From Bugula neritina (lineage: Eukaryota > Animalia > Bryozoa), in NCBI GenBank assembly GCA_964035545.1, contig CAXIUT010000183.1, positions 868,001 through 932,000 on the forward strand: 64,000 bases of DNA, written 5' to 3'. Each line of letters begins with the position of its first letter. Positions within the stretch are counted from its first letter, which is position 1. The notes below the pieces were generated by a model that worked only from the letters and a program-made list of their open reading frames with translations, was not told where the DNA came from and made no database searches. The position numbers and the translations under genes were made by a program. Positions 61,721-64,000 of this stretch are shown here, piece after piece.

Positions 61721-64000
61721 TACACTGCAACTCACTGAAATATACTGCAATATACAGAAATACACTGCAACATCCTACAAAATGCTGAAATACACTGTAA
61801 CATATTGAAATACACTGCAACACATTGAAATATACTGCAACATACCGAAATATATAGTAAACTACTGAAATATACTGTAAAACATTGAAAAATACTGCAA
61901 CATACTGAAATAGACTGCGACACCTAGCAATATACTGCAACATACTGAAATACACTGTAACATACTGAAATATACTGCAACATACTGAAATACACTGCTA
62001 CATACTGAAATATACTGCAACATACTGCAACATACTGAAATACACTGTAATATACTGAAAAAAACTGCAACATAGTACAACATATTGAAATACGCTGCAA
62101 CACATTGAAATATACTGCAACATACCGAAATATATCGTAAACTACTGAAATATACTGTAACACATTGAAAAAAACTGCAACATACTGAAATATACTGCGA
62201 CACCTAGCAATATACTGTAACATACTGAAATATGCTCTAGCACACTGAAATACAATGCAACTCACTAAAATATACTGCAACATACTGAAATACACTGCAA
62301 CAACCTACAACATGCTGAAATACACTGTAACATATTGAAATACACTGCAAGAAATTGAAATAGACTGCAACATAACAAAATATATGGTAAACTACTGAAA
62401 TAGACTTTAACACATTGAAAAATACTGCAACATACTGAAATATACTGCAACATACTGAAATATACTGTAACACACTGAAGTACACTGCAACTCACTGAAA
62501 TATACTGCAATATACTGAAATACACTGCAACACATTGAAATACACTGCAACTTACCGGATATATGGTAAACTACTGAAATATACTGTAACGCATTGAAAA
62601 ATACTGCAACATACTGAAATATATTGCGACACATTGCAATATACTGTAACATACTGAAAAATGCTGTAGCACACTGAAATATACTGCAATTCACTGAAAT
62701 ATACTGCAACATACTGAAATACACCGCAACATCCTACAACATACTGAACTACTTTGTAACATATTGAAATACACTGCAACACATTGAAATATACTGCAAC
62801 ATAACGAAAAATATGGTAAACTACTGAAATATATTTTAACACATCGAAAAATACTGCAACATACTGAAATATACTGTAACACACTGAAGTATACTGCAAC
62901 TCACTGAAATATACTGCAATATACAGAAATACACTGCAACATCCTACAAAATGCTGAAATACACTGTAACATATTGAAACTTACTGGAACACATTGAAAT
63001 ATACTGCAACATACCGAAATATATAGTAAACTACTGAAATATACTGTAACACATTGAAAAATACTGCAACATACTGAAATATACTGCAACATACCTAAGT
63101 ATACGGTAATACACTGAAATATACTGTAACACACCGAAATGTACTGCAACATACTGAAATACAATGTAACATACTGAAATATACTGCAACATACTGAAAT
63201 ACACTGCTACATACTGCAACATACTGCAACATACTGCAACATACTGAAATACACTGTAACATACTGAAATAAACTGCAACATACTACAACATATTGAAAT
63301 ACACTGCAACACATTGAAATATACTGCTACATACCTAAATATACGGTAATATACTGAAATATACTGTAACACATTGAAAAAACTGCAACATACTGAAATA
63401 CACTGCAACGCACTGAAATACACCGCAAAATACTACAACATGCTGAAATACACTGTAACATCTTGAAATCCACTGGAACACATTGAAATATACTGCAACA
63501 TACCGAAATATATGGTAAACTAATGAAATATACTGTAACACATTGAAAAACACCGCAACATACTGAAATATACTGCGACACATTGCAATATACTGTAACA
63601 TATTGAAATATGCTGTAGCACACTGAAATACACTGCAACATCCTACAACATACTGAAATACACTGTAACATATTGAAATACACTGCAAGAAATTGAAATA
63701 GACTGCAACATAACAAAATATATGGTAAACTACTGAAATAGACTTTAACACATTGAAAAATACTGCAACATACAGAAATATACTGTAACACACTTAAATA
63801 TACTGCAACATACTGAAATACACTGTAACATTCTGAAATATACTGCAACATACTGAAATACACTGCTACATACTGAAATATACTGCAACATACTGCAAAA
63901 TACTGCAACATACTGAAATACACTGTAACATATTGAAGTACACTGCAACACATTGAAATATACTGCAACATACCAAAATATATGGTAAACAACTGAAATA

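Larger units (their letters stand above)
1..64000. repeat. Satellite DNA array: 10-bp monomer, dominant 20-bp dimer ACTGCAACAT-ACTGAAATAY, head-to-tail, single orientation, running off both window ends
   Basis: The 10-nt print blocks repeat in register throughout, e.g. 241-360 aacatactga aatatactgt aacacactga agtatactgc. Monomer classes ACTGCAACAT/ACTGTAACAT and ACTGAAATAT/ACTGAAATAC alternate. No inverted segment was seen. The only interruption is 60019-60078. Confidence 0.99.

Noticed and set aside
219-63992. Hundreds of minus-strand ORFs (61-318 aa) as Cys/Tyr-rich or membrane protein genes, including the longest, 57580..58536
   Set aside because: They overlap in all three frames, encode the same 20-aa permutation, and follow directly from a stop-free satellite consensus. 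There is no unique domain or frame preference.
1-64000. CRISPR array or repeat-spacer system
   Set aside because: There are no unique spacers; the variable segments are mutated monomers that recur many times. No cas genes or leader are present.
1-64000. Telomeric repeat tract
   Set aside because: There is no G-run telomere motif on either strand, and the heterogeneous monomers with kb-scale duplications are not telomerase-like.
1-64000. TATA-like (AAATATA, TATATA) and AATAAA-like (GAAATAAACT) motifs as promoters or polyA signals
   Set aside because: They are intrinsic to, or one substitution from, the monomer and are repeated throughout with no associated gene.
1-64000. Assignment to a named satellite family or species
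   Set aside because: I do not recognise this monomer with confidence; a database search is required.

Overview
The whole 64 kb window is one uninterrupted, single-orientation satellite DNA array, most likely eukaryotic heterochromatin. It is built from a 10-bp monomer (YAYTG-NAAYA) arranged mostly as a 20-bp dimer, ACTGCAACAT-ACTGAAATAY, with roughly 6,400 monomers and about 30-35% GC by consensus. The + strand is A-rich and G-poor. I see no credible protein-coding gene, RNA gene or CRISPR array. The hundreds of minus-strand Cys/Tyr/Val/Phe-rich ORFs arise because the reverse-complement consensus has an ATG every 20 bp and no stop codon in any frame. The array has layered structure: recurrent variant cassettes with an old ~200-330 bp rhythm, and young tandem duplications of 1,149 bp (x2), 3,087 bp (x3, with a recombinant middle copy), 7,932 bp (x2, apparently identical), ~1,688 bp and ~2,008 bp. 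All 54 register slips I counted are 1-bp losses. The only non-satellite DNA is a 60-bp insertion at 60019-60078 ending in AATAAAC(CAAA)n. It resembles the 3' tip of a severely 5'-truncated non-LTR retroelement, and empty paralogous sites are present in the same window. All comparisons were made by eye and from offsets in the ORF track, not by alignment software.
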